NCBI RefSeq assembly: GCF_036321535.1
Contig: NC_087436.1
Coordinates: 48,858,001-48,922,000, forward strand
Direction: 5' to 3'
Source of the DNA: Camelus dromedarius
Lineage: Eukaryota
DNA length: 64,000 bases
The notes beneath the pieces are model-generated. The model ran no database searches, was not told where the DNA came from, and saw nothing but the letters and a program-made list of their open reading frames with translations. The translations under genes were made by a program, and so were the position numbers. Position 1 is the stretch's first letter. Each line of letters opens with the position of its first letter. This document shows positions 39,166-51,764 of this stretch, piece by piece.

Positions 39166-42100
39166 ATACACATTTTAAAGATGCAAACATACACAATCTT
39201 GTGGTCAAATTATTGATGGGTGTTTTCAAGTCATAGTCCTTAAGGTTTAGGTCAATTATGACTTTTTGTTTGATTTCTACATTTCATGGGTCTAAAATTC
39301 CCCATGTTCTAATCTATAAATCACAATTCCAAAACTGACACTAGATGGCACCCTTTAAAAGCATTTACCATATAATGGTATATTAAAGGAAAAAATATTT
39401 AAAATTATTTTTTAAAATATTTTAAAAGACTTTAAAAAGTACACATGCAACTCTTTTAAGTGTATTTGAAATATTGGTGTACCCTAAATTTTAGGAAACT
39501 TCAACTTACCAAATTTCCTTTATATTCTAAATTCCTTAGATTTTTTTTAAAACGTCAAAAGCAAAATAGTCAAGAACTCTTTAATTTTGGTCCTCAACTT
39601 TTTTGTTAAAGGGCTAATAACCCATTATAACAAAAGGGTATAATTAGTAAAGTACTGCCTTAGAAAACCTCTTGATAATGAGTGTTTTATATTGTATGTC
39701 TTTCCTTAAAACATAACAGATCTGCACTATGATTTGTTACTTCTTTAAAAGATTATCCAGAGGAAAATTATTCCATGTAATTAAAAGCCACAATTCTTTA
39801 ACCCATGTAAACCGTTTTCTCCCTGAGCTAAGTTAATTATCTTTTGGATTTTTTTTTCCCACCTAGAACTGATTGGAAAACAAAAGATTAAACAAAATAT
39901 TAAAGAGTGTTTGCTAAAGTTCACAGGCAAAAGAAATCAACATTATGTAGAAAACTGGTAGTCTCTTTGGAGAGTTTGCCCCTATAATTCAATTGCTGAT
40001 TAATTTACCAATCCTCTTAATTTCCTTTGCTAGCAGTGGGAAACTATAAAGAAACTCCACTTACTTCCCTAAGAAGTAGATTTGAAAGAAAACATAATCA
40101 AGTTCCTCATTTGTCTAAGAAATAGGACACAGAGTCTAGTCCTGCTAACACTTAAAAAAAAAAAAACCTAAAAACTAAAAACAATGTCATACTGTCATAC
40201 TATCGTACAGCCTTTGATTTAGGGTATGTGGAAACATTTTTTAAAATTAGAGTACATGTATATTTGCCATTTCCTGAAGCACATAAGAATCTTGAGAATT
40301 AACTTTTACACATTCTACAAACTTTTTTTCACTGTGAGCATTTAATAAGTGCCAAATGTCAACAAACCAGAACAGCAATAACCTGCCCATGGAGATACCT
40401 AAAAATTAATGAGATGCCTGAGAGAAAATGCAAAGTGCTGTTGATTCTTATCATAATTCATTTATTTTTTAATATAGATGTTGGTGGGCTTCCCTCTCCA
40501 CCCTGGAGATTAAAAATGTTACTTAATGATCTTGGAGTTAAAAAAAAATACTCTCCCTGGGCTATTTCTCCACATTAAGTACTAATGTAATTTCTAAAAT
40601 AAATATTCAGTATTAGCAAACCTGTAAAAATCTGATATATGTTTTTGTCTTGTACTATGTCTTTAATTTTTTAAGAAAGTAGAACACAGTTTTTGCCTAA
40701 AGTTTGCAGATACCATAGGGAAAAGAAACCCTTCTTTTTTTTCTTTTTCCCTCCATTTCTAACTAGAGAATTCCTTATCTCATTATTTTTATGTCATGAG
40801 CTTTAAAAAGGTAGGTACTGTAGAATCACCTTTTGGGTCTCCAATACAAGGCTTGGGGCATAGCTCCTGTTACTCCATATTACATTCCTGCCAAGCACAG
40901 AAGCAGTGTCTGTCATTTCTCTTTCTCAGCTTTGACAGGTGCCACACTGCAACTACTCCTGAGATGGAGTGAGAAAGCAGCAGACAAAACCAGAAACTTG
41001 AGATGCTGAACAGAGCTGATGCAGTGTGCATCTCTTCCCCGGACAGGCCAGTTTGCTTGGGAACGTTGCAGAGGGAATAAAAGGTAAAAAGAAAATATTT
41101 GAGCCTTGGTATCATTACTTGGTATCATTACTTTAAAGATATTTACAAACAAATGAAGTAGTCACAGGTTTAATATTTTAGGAATTCAGACTTTTTTTTC
41201 ATTCTCATTCTAATTAATGTATCTTGGTGTTGATAAAATTTTCCTCTATGAAAGGGGCGGTGAATTTTATAGGTGTTTTCTTATCTGAAACCATTTTACT
41301 ACTTTACTCTGTGCATATGTGTATGTGTGTGTGTATATATACACATATACATAGAGAGAGAGAGTAAGAAAAAAAAAAAAACAATAAACATTGGGGGGAA
41401 AAAGCATACTTCTCCAGAAGCTGCAAAACAGTTTGAAACTTTTGTGCTCAAAATTCAAGTCTGGATCTATGGCAACTAAATATTATATAACAGGTAAGTT
41501 ATATATTAATATAATAAAGACCAAAAGTACATAACTGCAACAAAATATTGACCAGCTGATTAGTTTTTAAACAAGAAATTATTACTGTGCCTGGAATTTG
41601 ATAAGAACTTAATAAATGTTAAATGAACAAAGAATACAATTCTAAATAATATTACCTACATTTTATTGTCCACCAACTATGTGCTCAGCACACAGAACTT
41701 TTATACATTACTTAATCCTTAAAAGTACATTCTACTTTCATTACATGGATAAGAACTGTATATCAATCCAAAAGCATTAATGGAGTCTATAAAGGGATTT
41801 TATTTGACAACATTAAGGAACAGGTATTTTTCTAATATAAATAGCACTACTTTATCAACTTCATAAATTGAACCATTTTTGAAGCAATTTTATTGCAGCA
41901 ACAATTTCCCCAAAGTGAAAATCATCAGAAATATGTTATTCTAAGCAATTGTCCTTGGTTAAAAAAAACCCTCCATCCTAAAGGCAGAGTTACTTAATAA
42001 TTCTCAGCACTGGATTATGTTTTTTGGTAGTTCCTTTCCAGTTTCCTTTATTGGATTCTCCTCAGACCACTTAGTGACCTGTAGCTCAGTGCTTTGCCCT

Positions 42101-42285
42101 ATTCTTAACTTATACTCACTCCTTTGACTACTGGCTTTCAAATTTTTGATCATGCCACACAATAAGAAATCAACTTTCTAATATAAGTTATTATACACTG
42201 AATGCAACTGAAACAAAAGAATCATGAAGAGATACCCTACCACAGGAGATACATATGATAGTTTACTCTGCTTTTTCTTTCTTCT

Positions 42286-42287
<2 letters not shown>

Positions 42288-42357
<70 letters not shown>
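42288..42357 (+). repeat. (TG)n microsatellite, ~35 units
   Basis: Uninterrupted TG array. Confidence 0.98.
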
Positions 42358-42360
<3 letters not shown>

Positions 42361-42439
42361 AATGCAGTTAGTACTCACTAAATTGATTCCATGACCCGTG
42401 GGCCACAACTCACTCTATAACAGCACTGTCCAAGGTGAT

Positions 42440-43545
42440 TTACAGTGCTATAGGTTTAAATAACATCTATGACTCCTATATTTATCTCAGCCACAACCTT
42501 TCCCCTGAACTTCAGATTCCTATATCCTACTTGGCATCTTCACTTGGGTAGTTTTATAAACCTGTTCTTCTTTTCTCAAGTAGTCCCCTTTATGATAAAA
42601 TGGCAACACCATTTACCCAGATGTTCAGGTCCATAATTCTGAAGCCTCACTCAACACCTTTCTTTTCTCTCTTACCCTATTTCTACCTTTGAAATATATG
42701 CTAAATCTAACTTCTTAGCACCTCTACCAATATCACCTTAGTCTAAGTCATCATTAGCTCTTACAAAGACCACCACAAAAGCCTATTAACTATTTTCCCC
42801 AACTCTCCACACAACAGTCCATTCTCCAACAATAGTCAGGCTGACCCTTTAAAGACATAAATCAGAGCATGTCCGCTGCTCACAACCATCCAATGGATCC
42901 CCAACACACTTAGAATAAAATCCAAATTTCCTATCATGGTCTCTAGGGCCTGATGTGACCCAGCTGTCCTTCTTCTCTGACCTGAACTCTTACCACTCCT
43001 CCCTCTTGCTCACTTCTCTCTGGCCAGTTCTCCCCACTGTTCTGGGAAGATGCCAGCAGTGCTCCCACACTTAAAATTTTTGTACTTGCCATTCCCTCTG
43101 CCTAGAGTGCTCTTCTCCAAGATATTCACATGGCTTGCTCCTTCATTTCACTGAGGTCTCTGAGTATTAACTCAGAGCAGTCTCTTCTGGCTACCTGAAG
43201 AGACTGCTCTGAGCATTCCCATCACTTCCTAGCCCCTTACCCCACTTTCTTTTTCTTTTTCTTTTTTTAAACATTTTTTTTTATTGAGTTATAGTCATTT
43301 TACAATGTTGTGTCAAATTCCAGTGTAGAGCACAATTTTTCAGTTATACATGAACATACATATATTCATTGTCGCATTTTTTTTCTCTGAGCTACCACAA
43401 GATCTTGTATATATTTCCTTGTGCTATACAGTATAATCTTACCTATTCTACTGCTTTCTTTTTCTTTATAGCACTTATTACCTGACATATTTCCAATGCT
43501 TAACTGCATTTCAAATTTTAGCTCAAGGAATGACTAAATGAATGG
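42440..43545 (+). mobile_element. L2 fragment (with a young L1 tail inserted)
   Basis: cccctgaacttcagattcc…aatggcaacacc…aaatcagagcatgt…ttgtacttgccattccctctgcctag…tagcacttatta. Confidence 0.75.
43259..43453 (-). mobile_element. Short young L1 3' end with TSD
   Basis: T-tail then tattgagttatagtcattttacaatgttgtgtcaaattcc…; CTTTCTTTTTCTTT at 43245-43258 and 43454-43467. Confidence 0.8.
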
Positions 43546-43879
43546 ATGTACATAAATGAGTATCACTAATCCCTGTAATGACAGTACTACTGAGAACTTT
43601 AGTCTTGATACAACAGGAACTTCATTCTTCTTGACACAATTCTTTCTCTTCCAAATAAATAAAACTATTTTAAGAGCAAACTACATATAAATTAAACTGA
43701 AGAAACAATCTCACCACTGTAAGCTGAGTTGGAAAAAGCATAACTAGAATCCACTCAAACCTCTAGAGAAAGAATAGAAATTTTTATGTGTATTGATATT
43801 CAAGCAAGAGAACTAGGAACCTAACTAGATTCTATATATTTACTTAGCAAGTAGAACATTCATACATCAAGAAATATAA

Positions 43880-44070
43880 AGTAATGGATAAGAACCTAGA
43901 CTCTGGATCTGACTAACTGGGTTCAAATCTTGGTTCTGATACTTAGTAGCTAGCAATATAAAACTTTCCTTAGTTTTCTCATTCCTAAATTAGGGTAATA
44001 ATAACAGTATTTACCATACAGCATGTTCAGAATCAAACAACACCTATCACATTAGTAAGCCCCTAAAATA
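43880..44070 (+). mobile_element. MIR SINE
   Basis: ataagaacctagactctgga…ctgggttcaaatcttggttctgatacttagtagct…. Confidence 0.7.
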
Positions 44071-46419
44071 AACACTATTATTTATTTGTAATTTATCCTC
44101 AAATTCCTTATCCATTGACACTGTAAAACAAATTTTGACGGGTAAGCCTCAAATCATGCTTTATATTTCTAAGCTTCTCAGGAAAAGGGAATTCATGTTG
44201 AATTGAAAAGATTTTCTCCAGTCAAATATTGAAAAAAAAAATCTGTTACTGAGGCTGAAAGCCAGGGAATCACAAAATGCTAGAATATAAATGTGATACT
44301 CTAAGTCCACATAATAATAGCTGCTTATATTGTACAAAACAAATCGTTTAAAGCAGTTAACAAGTATGAAAAAATTATAAACTCTTATTTTTCTTAAAGA
44401 TTAAAATTGAAACTCACTTAAATTCCCTACTACATCAAATGTTCAACATTATGAAAATTAGAACTTAGCTTGTGTTTTATACATTAAAAATCACAGTACT
44501 TGGTTGTAAATCTCACTATTTTCTTTCAATAAGATAGATTTTTTAAAAAGTGTCTCTACAGCATTAGATAGCAGCTATTACTTCAGATAGTAAAGGTTAA
44601 AAAATGAAAGAAAAGAAACTGAGCTATTTCAGTGCTCGTTACACTAGGTAATGTGGGAATATATATATCGTTAAGTCTTAGAGGACAAAATTCTATTATT
44701 AAAATTAGCTGTTTTCTTATTTGGGCAAGATGGGGGGGGGGATTTTAAAAGTAAAAAAAGCTTACTATAACCTTAGCCATAAGGGAAGTGTGTCATCTTC
44801 TCTCTGGAGAATCAGGGAATCATCTGTTGCCATAGAATCATAATGCCTGCAGCTAAGCCTGACCTTATAATTAATAAGGACCTACAGCATGAATGCTAAC
44901 ATGTTAAAAACACATCAGCAAGCCTGAAATAAAATTACTGAATCCCCACAGCAAACAATACCCCTGCTTATTATGATCTAAATGGTTTAAAACCTTGCTT
45001 TCCAAGTACTAATCAAAACAGAATTCAGTAGGCTACTTTGAAAACCTGAAGATAAAAACAACATATACTAAGGAGCTGTTTATACTATAGATGTTTTATT
45101 TGACTGGCCTCAGAATTTGTTAAGCTTCAAGGTCTGCTAAATTGTTGCTACTGGAAAGGCCAATTGGATATTCAGTATTTATTATTTCAAGCCACAGGCA
45201 ATACAAAAGCTACAAAGTAAACATAGGCTAAAACAAAAACAAACCAGACCCTCCCACCCCCCCAAAAAAACACAAAAAAACAAGCTTGATGGGCCCACTA
45301 CTGCAGAAGTTCAAGTTTGAGCTTTGTTTAGAGCAGGCAAACATGTTAACAGGAGTGTAGAACAAACAAACAAATAAAGGAACTGATTAATTTTCAAATC
45401 TCACTGCTTTGGACACAGATTTTTGAAGTTAGGCTTCTTAAAATGATGCTTTCAAGTATGACTCAAACATAATTTCAAACGACTATGCTTAAGGCAATCA
45501 TCAGTAGTGTATACTATCCACCAGGCAGTTTTTTAAAAAGTCACATAGCTTAGAGTGTGATTTATTAAGTACTTATTAAATACGACAGCAAATCACTCAG
45601 TTATATTTATAACAAAGAATTTATTTTCACAATATTTAATGGCCATAGTTAATGTTTAAAATTGTCACACCACTAGTTCTTGCCAGCTTTGGTATTTTCT
45701 CCTTTAAACGCTGTTTCTCGATAAGCTTAGAAAAAAGTAGTACTCTGCCTACTTTATCAATAATTTAGCACAAGATATATTATTAAATGTTGGCATTTCC
45801 TTGACATTCAAGAACTTATGACAAGGAATGGGATGATGGCCATTAAGGGATCATGACATTTGAGAATAAAGGGGAAAAAAAGAAGCCACCTAATCCAAAC
45901 CAGGTAGAGTCGCTTTGGGAAGTACATGTAGTTGTAAACGTTTTTGAAGTCAAAGCAATTTTCATGCAAGTTTAACTCAAACTTTCTATAGAAGTTTAAA
46001 ACCAAAGTAAAACACTGCTTTGACAGTGTAACAGAAACAAACGGCCCCAATGAAGTAAGTTCTTTGGAGCAACTGTTAGGAGGTATTCACATACAAGGTC
46101 TTTCTCCAATCAGGAAGGGCTAGAATGGAAAACAAAGTGGGGGTAAAAAGAAGTTAAAGCGCGATCCAAGAGGTCTTAAAACTACCCTAAGCAGCAAATG
46201 GCAAACGACCCCACAGACTCCTGCGACTGGAAGTTGTTCCATTTCCCCATCACTAGAGGAAGCCATGAGGACTGGCCTCGGGGAAACTGAGAAGGGGCCC
46301 GGACTTCTCCACCCTCCTCATCCTTCCCCGCATCGTCGACCCTGTCGCCCCGGATGCAAAGAATAGTCTCGGCGGGGTCGCGGGGACTGCGGAACCGGCG
46401 GCCCGAGCGCCCTCCTTAC

Positions 46420-46640
46420 CTGGTCGCAGAGGCGCGGCCAGGCAGGGAGGGTGCGTGAATGTGTCGGCGACACGGGCCGCCAGCGCATTCCCGCCCCGCC
46501 GGAGCCGGGATTCGCGAGGCCGCTTCAGGGAGCCTTCACCCGCGGACCATTCGCAGCCCACGAGACCGGAGAGAAACAGCAGGCAGCGCATCAGGGAAAC
46601 AGCCGAACCGTCCGTCATTCATAATCCGGCGGACCGGAAG
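46420..46640 (-). other. GSTCD: GSTCD non-coding exon 1 (5' end approximate)
   Basis: Strong CAG|GTAAGG donor at 46420/46419 inside the CpG island, pointing toward the first coding exon; TSS not determinable from sequence. Confidence 0.7.
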
Positions 46641-46699
46641 GAGAGGAATTACGTCACTTCCCAGCGTCGCACAGCCAAAAGGTTCCCCCGTCGACCCTG

Positions 46700-46793
46700 C
46701 TGTGGGAACCTTTGTTTTCTCTCTGTCGGAACCCGCCGGTGCAGGACCGGTTCGTCTGGCTACCGGGAACCGACGGAGCACCCGGGCGGAGCG
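46700..46793 (+). other. INTS12: INTS12 non-coding exon 1 (5' end approximate)
   Basis: GCG|GTGAGT donor at 46793/46794 in the CpG island, upstream of the INTS12 ATG exon. Confidence 0.7.
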
Positions 46794-47639
46794 GTGAGTT
46801 GAGACGAGCTCCCCGGCTCCCAGCCGCCTCCGGGAGCCTCGAGGCCTTCTCGAGGGGCAAAGTGGGAGAGTTTGTTCCGTGAGTTCTTAGTTTCCTCCTT
46901 CCCTGTAGGGGAACCTCGTAATTTGCAGGTGGTCGAGTGCCCAGGCTGAACACTCTCCCCTTTCACTGAGGGTTGTGAGGGTGTTGCGTGTGGGGCACGC
47001 GGACTAGAGGCACGGCCCCAGGGACCAGGTCCTTGGAACCCTGTCTCGGACCTTCCTCGGAAGGTTTTGATGACATTTCTGTACAGCTCCCTCGTTCTGC
47101 CTCACCTTCTCTCGGGCTCACAAGTCAAGGACCTTACCCCGTGCTAGGCCTTCGGGGTGTCCTGCCTTCAGTCAGAGGATTGGCATTCCTTTTCTGAGTG
47201 GCTGCGGCTGATTTTCAGATTCTCTATCACTTGGTTGGTTTGGATTCAAGGTCTTTCCGCCTCCTTTACGTTTCCAGACGTGTGCCTAAGGTATCAGTGT
47301 AATCCAGGACCCAGAACTCAGTGGACGAATGAAAAGGGCAGCATCTTTGAAAGGTTGTTTATTAGAAGGAGTTGCAAGAGCTTGCAAAGACAAAAGAGGC
47401 AAAGCTTTCTAGAGCCGTTATGAGATGGCAACCCTAATACTGAACTCTGCGTAATGAAGTTCAATTTCCTTCATCTCATACAGATGCAAATGGTCAGTTT
47501 TGGACTTTTTAGAAGATTGGCATGTAGGGTGGGAAATGGGATCTAGAGGAAAGCATATATTTATATGTGAATACCTAATTTAAGTTGGAGAAATCACAGG
47601 AGCCCTAGAAAGTGACATTTAAACGAAACCTACTTCATT

Positions 47640-50600
47640 CTGTCAACAATTTTTTTTGAGAATTTATTAAATTCCGAGCACTAGGTATATAACAGTGAAT
47701 AAAACAAGTCCCTGATTACATGGAGTTTACAATCTAGTGGGAGTACTGAGTTTAAGTCAGATAAAGAATTGCGAAGAGAGTTGCAGATAGGAACATTGTA
47801 CAAGTCCCCAATCATGAAAGCGGTGTTTTTTTGTTTTGTATTGTTTTTGCTTTTTGATGTTTGAGGGTTTTGGCGGGGTGGGGATGGCTTTCAGTTTCTT
47901 TTTTGTTTCTTTTGGCGAAGGGACTTTGGAAATGTTTAAAATTGTGTAGGAGAGGAAAGACCATTATGCTTTGATCTCTAGTAATTCTATAGCCGTTATT
48001 TTGTGGTACTTTGCAAAATAGCAAAGTGATAGGCAAGAAAGCTAGCCTCTCCCCTTAAAGTACTCAGAGTTTTATAGAGAATATAACACATGTGCCCCCC
48101 AAAAAGTATGGTTCAAGGTAGGAAATTCCAGTACCATGAGAAAGCACTTTGAGACATCCTAGGTGGCAAGATTTTTAGTAGTATTGGGGCAGTTGGGGAA
48201 GGACACACTAGCTGTGAGTAGAGTCCTCATGAGAGTGGTATTTGAGCTGGGTCTTGATAGAATTTGGAAATATATAAATGAATAAAATCCTCCCAGACAG
48301 AGAAAAAATGAGTAGAAGTAGCAAGGCTAGCTAATGGCTGTGCTCTAACGAAGATCTGGGGATGAAGAATTAAAATTTTTGTGCCAATTACTGAATCTTT
48401 TTAAATGCTAGGCCAAGAAATTGGGCTTTATTTTGAAGGCAATGGGAAGCCTTAATTTTTGAGGAGGAAAATGGAAGAAAGAAAGAAAGAGAGAGGGAAG
48501 GAGGGAAGAAACAAGGAAGGAAGGAAGGGAGAAAGACGCGTTGCAGGTATGCCATATTAATATGGCAACAGTGTTGAAGTCAAGGAGAATAACTAGATTA
48601 TCGCTATAGTACGAAAAGCTAATAGAGAACTGAATCTGAGTAGTACCAGTGGAAATGGAAAATGGGGAACAAATGAGAAATGTCAGAATTCACAGGAAAG
48701 GGCTGCTGGTTGTTCAGATATAAGGAATTGAGGATGACTCACTGGGGCAAAGATTTAGGCCTCAGACCTGATAAACAGAGAGTGTGTCATTTACTGAAAG
48801 TAAGTTTAGGGCAAGGAGCTTTGAGAGGAAGATATTCATAATCTTAATTTCAGTTATAAATGAATTTGAGATACCATTAGGGCAACCAGGTAGACATGTC
48901 TACTGAGCAATTGGAAACGTGGGATTCGAGCTTAAGAGAGATTGGAATGGGGATAAACATACGAAATCATCTGCCCACAGGTGATAGTTAAAAACGTGAT
49001 ATATATAAGATTACCAAGGAAGAAATTGGTAGCAGAACTAAAGAAAATAGACAAGGACAGATATTTGGTCAATATAAAGAATGATGGAGATGAGATGAGC
49101 CAGAGAAAGAGTAGCCAGGATAGAAACGGAAACCCAGGAAAGCTGAGTATAACAGAACTCTTGAACTCGTGAAGGACAAAGGTTTTTGAATGAGAAAGTG
49201 AAAAACATGTACTCACTTGGCCAGCATTTACTGAGTGCCCGCTGACTGCCTAGACACATAGGTTACAGCAGTAGGTAAGGTCTGTCCAGTGCTGGTCCTC
49301 ATGGAACGTACATTCTAGTGAAAAAGACAAACCCTGTTTACATGATGACCAGTGTAGTAACTATGATGAATAAGTACAGTATGTTTGGAACTATGTAACT
49401 GGAAGACTTCTTATTTTGTTAGGGGAATGTGCAGGAAAAAACTGAGGCTGGAAGGATGAATAAGATGAGGCAAGGGACATTTTATATTAAAGCTGAGGTA
49501 GAAAAGAGTGTATGTTGAAAGACTTGAAATAAGTCATGGGGCTACAACAGAGTGGGAATAGCTTGGGATAGTAGGTGACATGTAATGAGCATTTGTACTC
49601 TGTGCCAGGTACTGTTGTAACTGCTTTATATGTATTACTAGATCATGTAGGGCATTAGAGATCTTTTAAGAATCTTGTTCTTTAACCTTTGGACAATAAG
49701 AAGTGAAAAGGAGTGTTTTAAGCAAGTGAATGATAGAGAAGATTTGGAGGGGAACAAAAGTAGTTGTGGGGAGACCGATTAAGTTTTAGGCCAGATAAAG
49801 ATGGATGTTGGTACCTTGGTCTAGGGTGGTACTTGTAAGGATTGAAAAAGGTAGGTGAATTTGAAATATACTTAAGAGGTTTGGTGATTGAATGGGAGGT
49901 GGGGTGGAAAGTCTCAGGTTTCTGGCTGGAGCAGTAAAGTATTTGAGAGGGAATACTAGGGAAAGAACTGGTTGGAAGAAGAGTTTATGAGTGGCTCTGT
50001 TAGGGATATGTTGTATAGGAGGCACCAGTGAGATATCCAAGTGAAGCTGGTAGTTGGAGATTAGAAGAGACACATGGGCTGGAGAATGAAGAGAGAAATT
50101 TATAATTACTGGCAAAAGGGTGTAGTTCAACTTTTCTAGGCCAGTGATTCTCAAACATTAGAGTAGATCAGAACCACCTGAAAGATTTAATGCAGATTTC
50201 TGGGTCCCACTCCCAGAGGTTTTTTGTTTTTTTGTTTTGTTTTGTTTTGTTTTGTTTTGTTTTGTTTTGTTTTGTTTTGTTTTTAGTAGGTCTGGTTGTG
50301 AAGACCAAGAATTTGAATTTCTAACAGGTTCCCAGGTAATGCCTATTGCTGCTGATCCAAAGGACACGTTTTAAGAAGATGTAGAGAGAAATAAGAAGAT
50401 ATTCAGAACCTAATCTTGAGGAACTCATTTTTGTTTAAAGGGACGGGAGGAACCTTCAAAAAAGAATGAGAAAGTAGGAGGCAAAAACAGTATTTATTAT
50501 ATTTACCTGCTTAAGGCTGTGTATACTTTGGTGAAAATATTTCCATGGAATGGTGGGACAAGGCCAAATTGCAGGAAGTACAGCATAAATGAAAGGAATG

Positions 50601-51250
50601 AAGAAAAAGAATATAAAATGTAGGTGACTTTCTTAGGAAGTTTTGCTATAAAATAAAGAAAACAGGATAGAAGATATTTAAATGGCAATGAAAAGAAGGC
50701 AGTAGAAAGAAAGAGGCTAGGGAGGGAGGTTTGAGGGTATGAAGGAAACATAGGAGTAATTCATAGCTCAAGGTTTCAGAGCAGGGGAGATAGGCTCCAG
50801 GTACAGGTGGCGTTACATGGAGAGCCACCCTCTTATTTAACAGGTGCAGAAGAGGAAAGAATTGGTACAGGTAAGTTTGTAGATGTGGTGGCAGGAAGTT
50901 GATTTAGTTCCTCTCTGACAGTTTCTGTTTTCTCTGTGAAGTAGATCTGCCTACTAAGAAAGAGAGCATTTCAAGGCAAATGGAGAAGGTATGACTGGTC
51001 TTCGCAGAAAGTGAGAAAGTGAGTTGACCAGAGAGACACAATAGGATTGCTAAGTTGTATTGAGTGCCTTGATGAGATTGGTGACTCTGAAGATACAGAG
51101 TGTTTGTATTCCTCTCAGCTGCACTTAGAGTTTGGGTGCAGACAGGGAGAAGGTAAATAAGAAGGGTGGCTATGAAATAGGTGAAACTATAGGACTATGT
51201 GGCAGGGATGCTTAAAGACCTTAGAAGAGAGTCTTTGAAAGCCTGGACCA
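47640..51250 (-). mobile_element. Cluster of L2 fragments (purine-rich on +), interrupted by MER5 and simple repeats
   Basis: aaaacaagtccctgattacatggagtttacaatctagtggg, ttttgaaggcaatgggaagcc, tttactgagtgcc…; boundaries approximate. Confidence 0.6.
50141..50372. mobile_element. MER5-like hAT MITE with internal (TTTTG)n
   Basis: ccagtgattctcaaac…atgcagatttctgggtcccactcccagag…aatttctaacaggttcccaggtaatgc. Confidence 0.75.
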
Positions 51251-51764
51251 TGAAGAAAAAAAAGAGATGGAGAAAAAAGATCATTGTTTAGAAGTGTGAA
51301 TTTCTGTTACTTATATGCATGTGCTGTAGGCAATACCCGGCATGAGCTAAGAATTCTCTCCCACCAACACCACTAATACCGCCTTCCTAGGTCATTGACA
51401 TATTTTAGAGTGGGGATTATTATTAGTTTTCTGACATTCTTCTTTTTTTAAAGCAACATCTAGATTTTAAGTTAAACCTACATTTAAAGCATTAAATTTC
51501 TTGTATATATTTATATCTACATACACCTAGGGCCTGGTTTTCTAGAATTCTAATCCACAGTAAGAATTATATGGATCTTTCACGGTCTGTTTTTGTCATG
51601 GATTTTAGAATATACAGGCAAGAATTATACAGAAGTAACATGATTTGGTATAACTCCAGGAAAATATTTTTGGAAATAATAAGGAAGATAGATTGACAGA
51701 TTTACATGACAGTTGCTGACCTCTTTAGAACTTTAGTAGAAGGAAAATAATTTCTTTCACTATT

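Larger units (their letters stand above)
46280..47200. promoter_or_regulatory. CpG-island bidirectional promoter shared by GSTCD and INTS12
   Basis: Only CpG-rich, GC-rich segment in the window; divergent splice donors at 46419 (-) and 46794 (+); CCGGAAG ETS motif at 46634-46640 and overlapping CRE/ETS motif TTACGTCACTTCCC at 46649-46662. Confidence 0.9.

Noticed and set aside
39390..39427. 18-bp palindrome TTTTAAAATATTTTAAAA
   Set aside because: Pure A/T low complexity; expected by chance.
46253..47423. Cluster of overlapping ORFs in the CpG island
   Set aside because: Expected from GC-rich, stop-poor sequence; only their possible role as spliced uORFs is retained.
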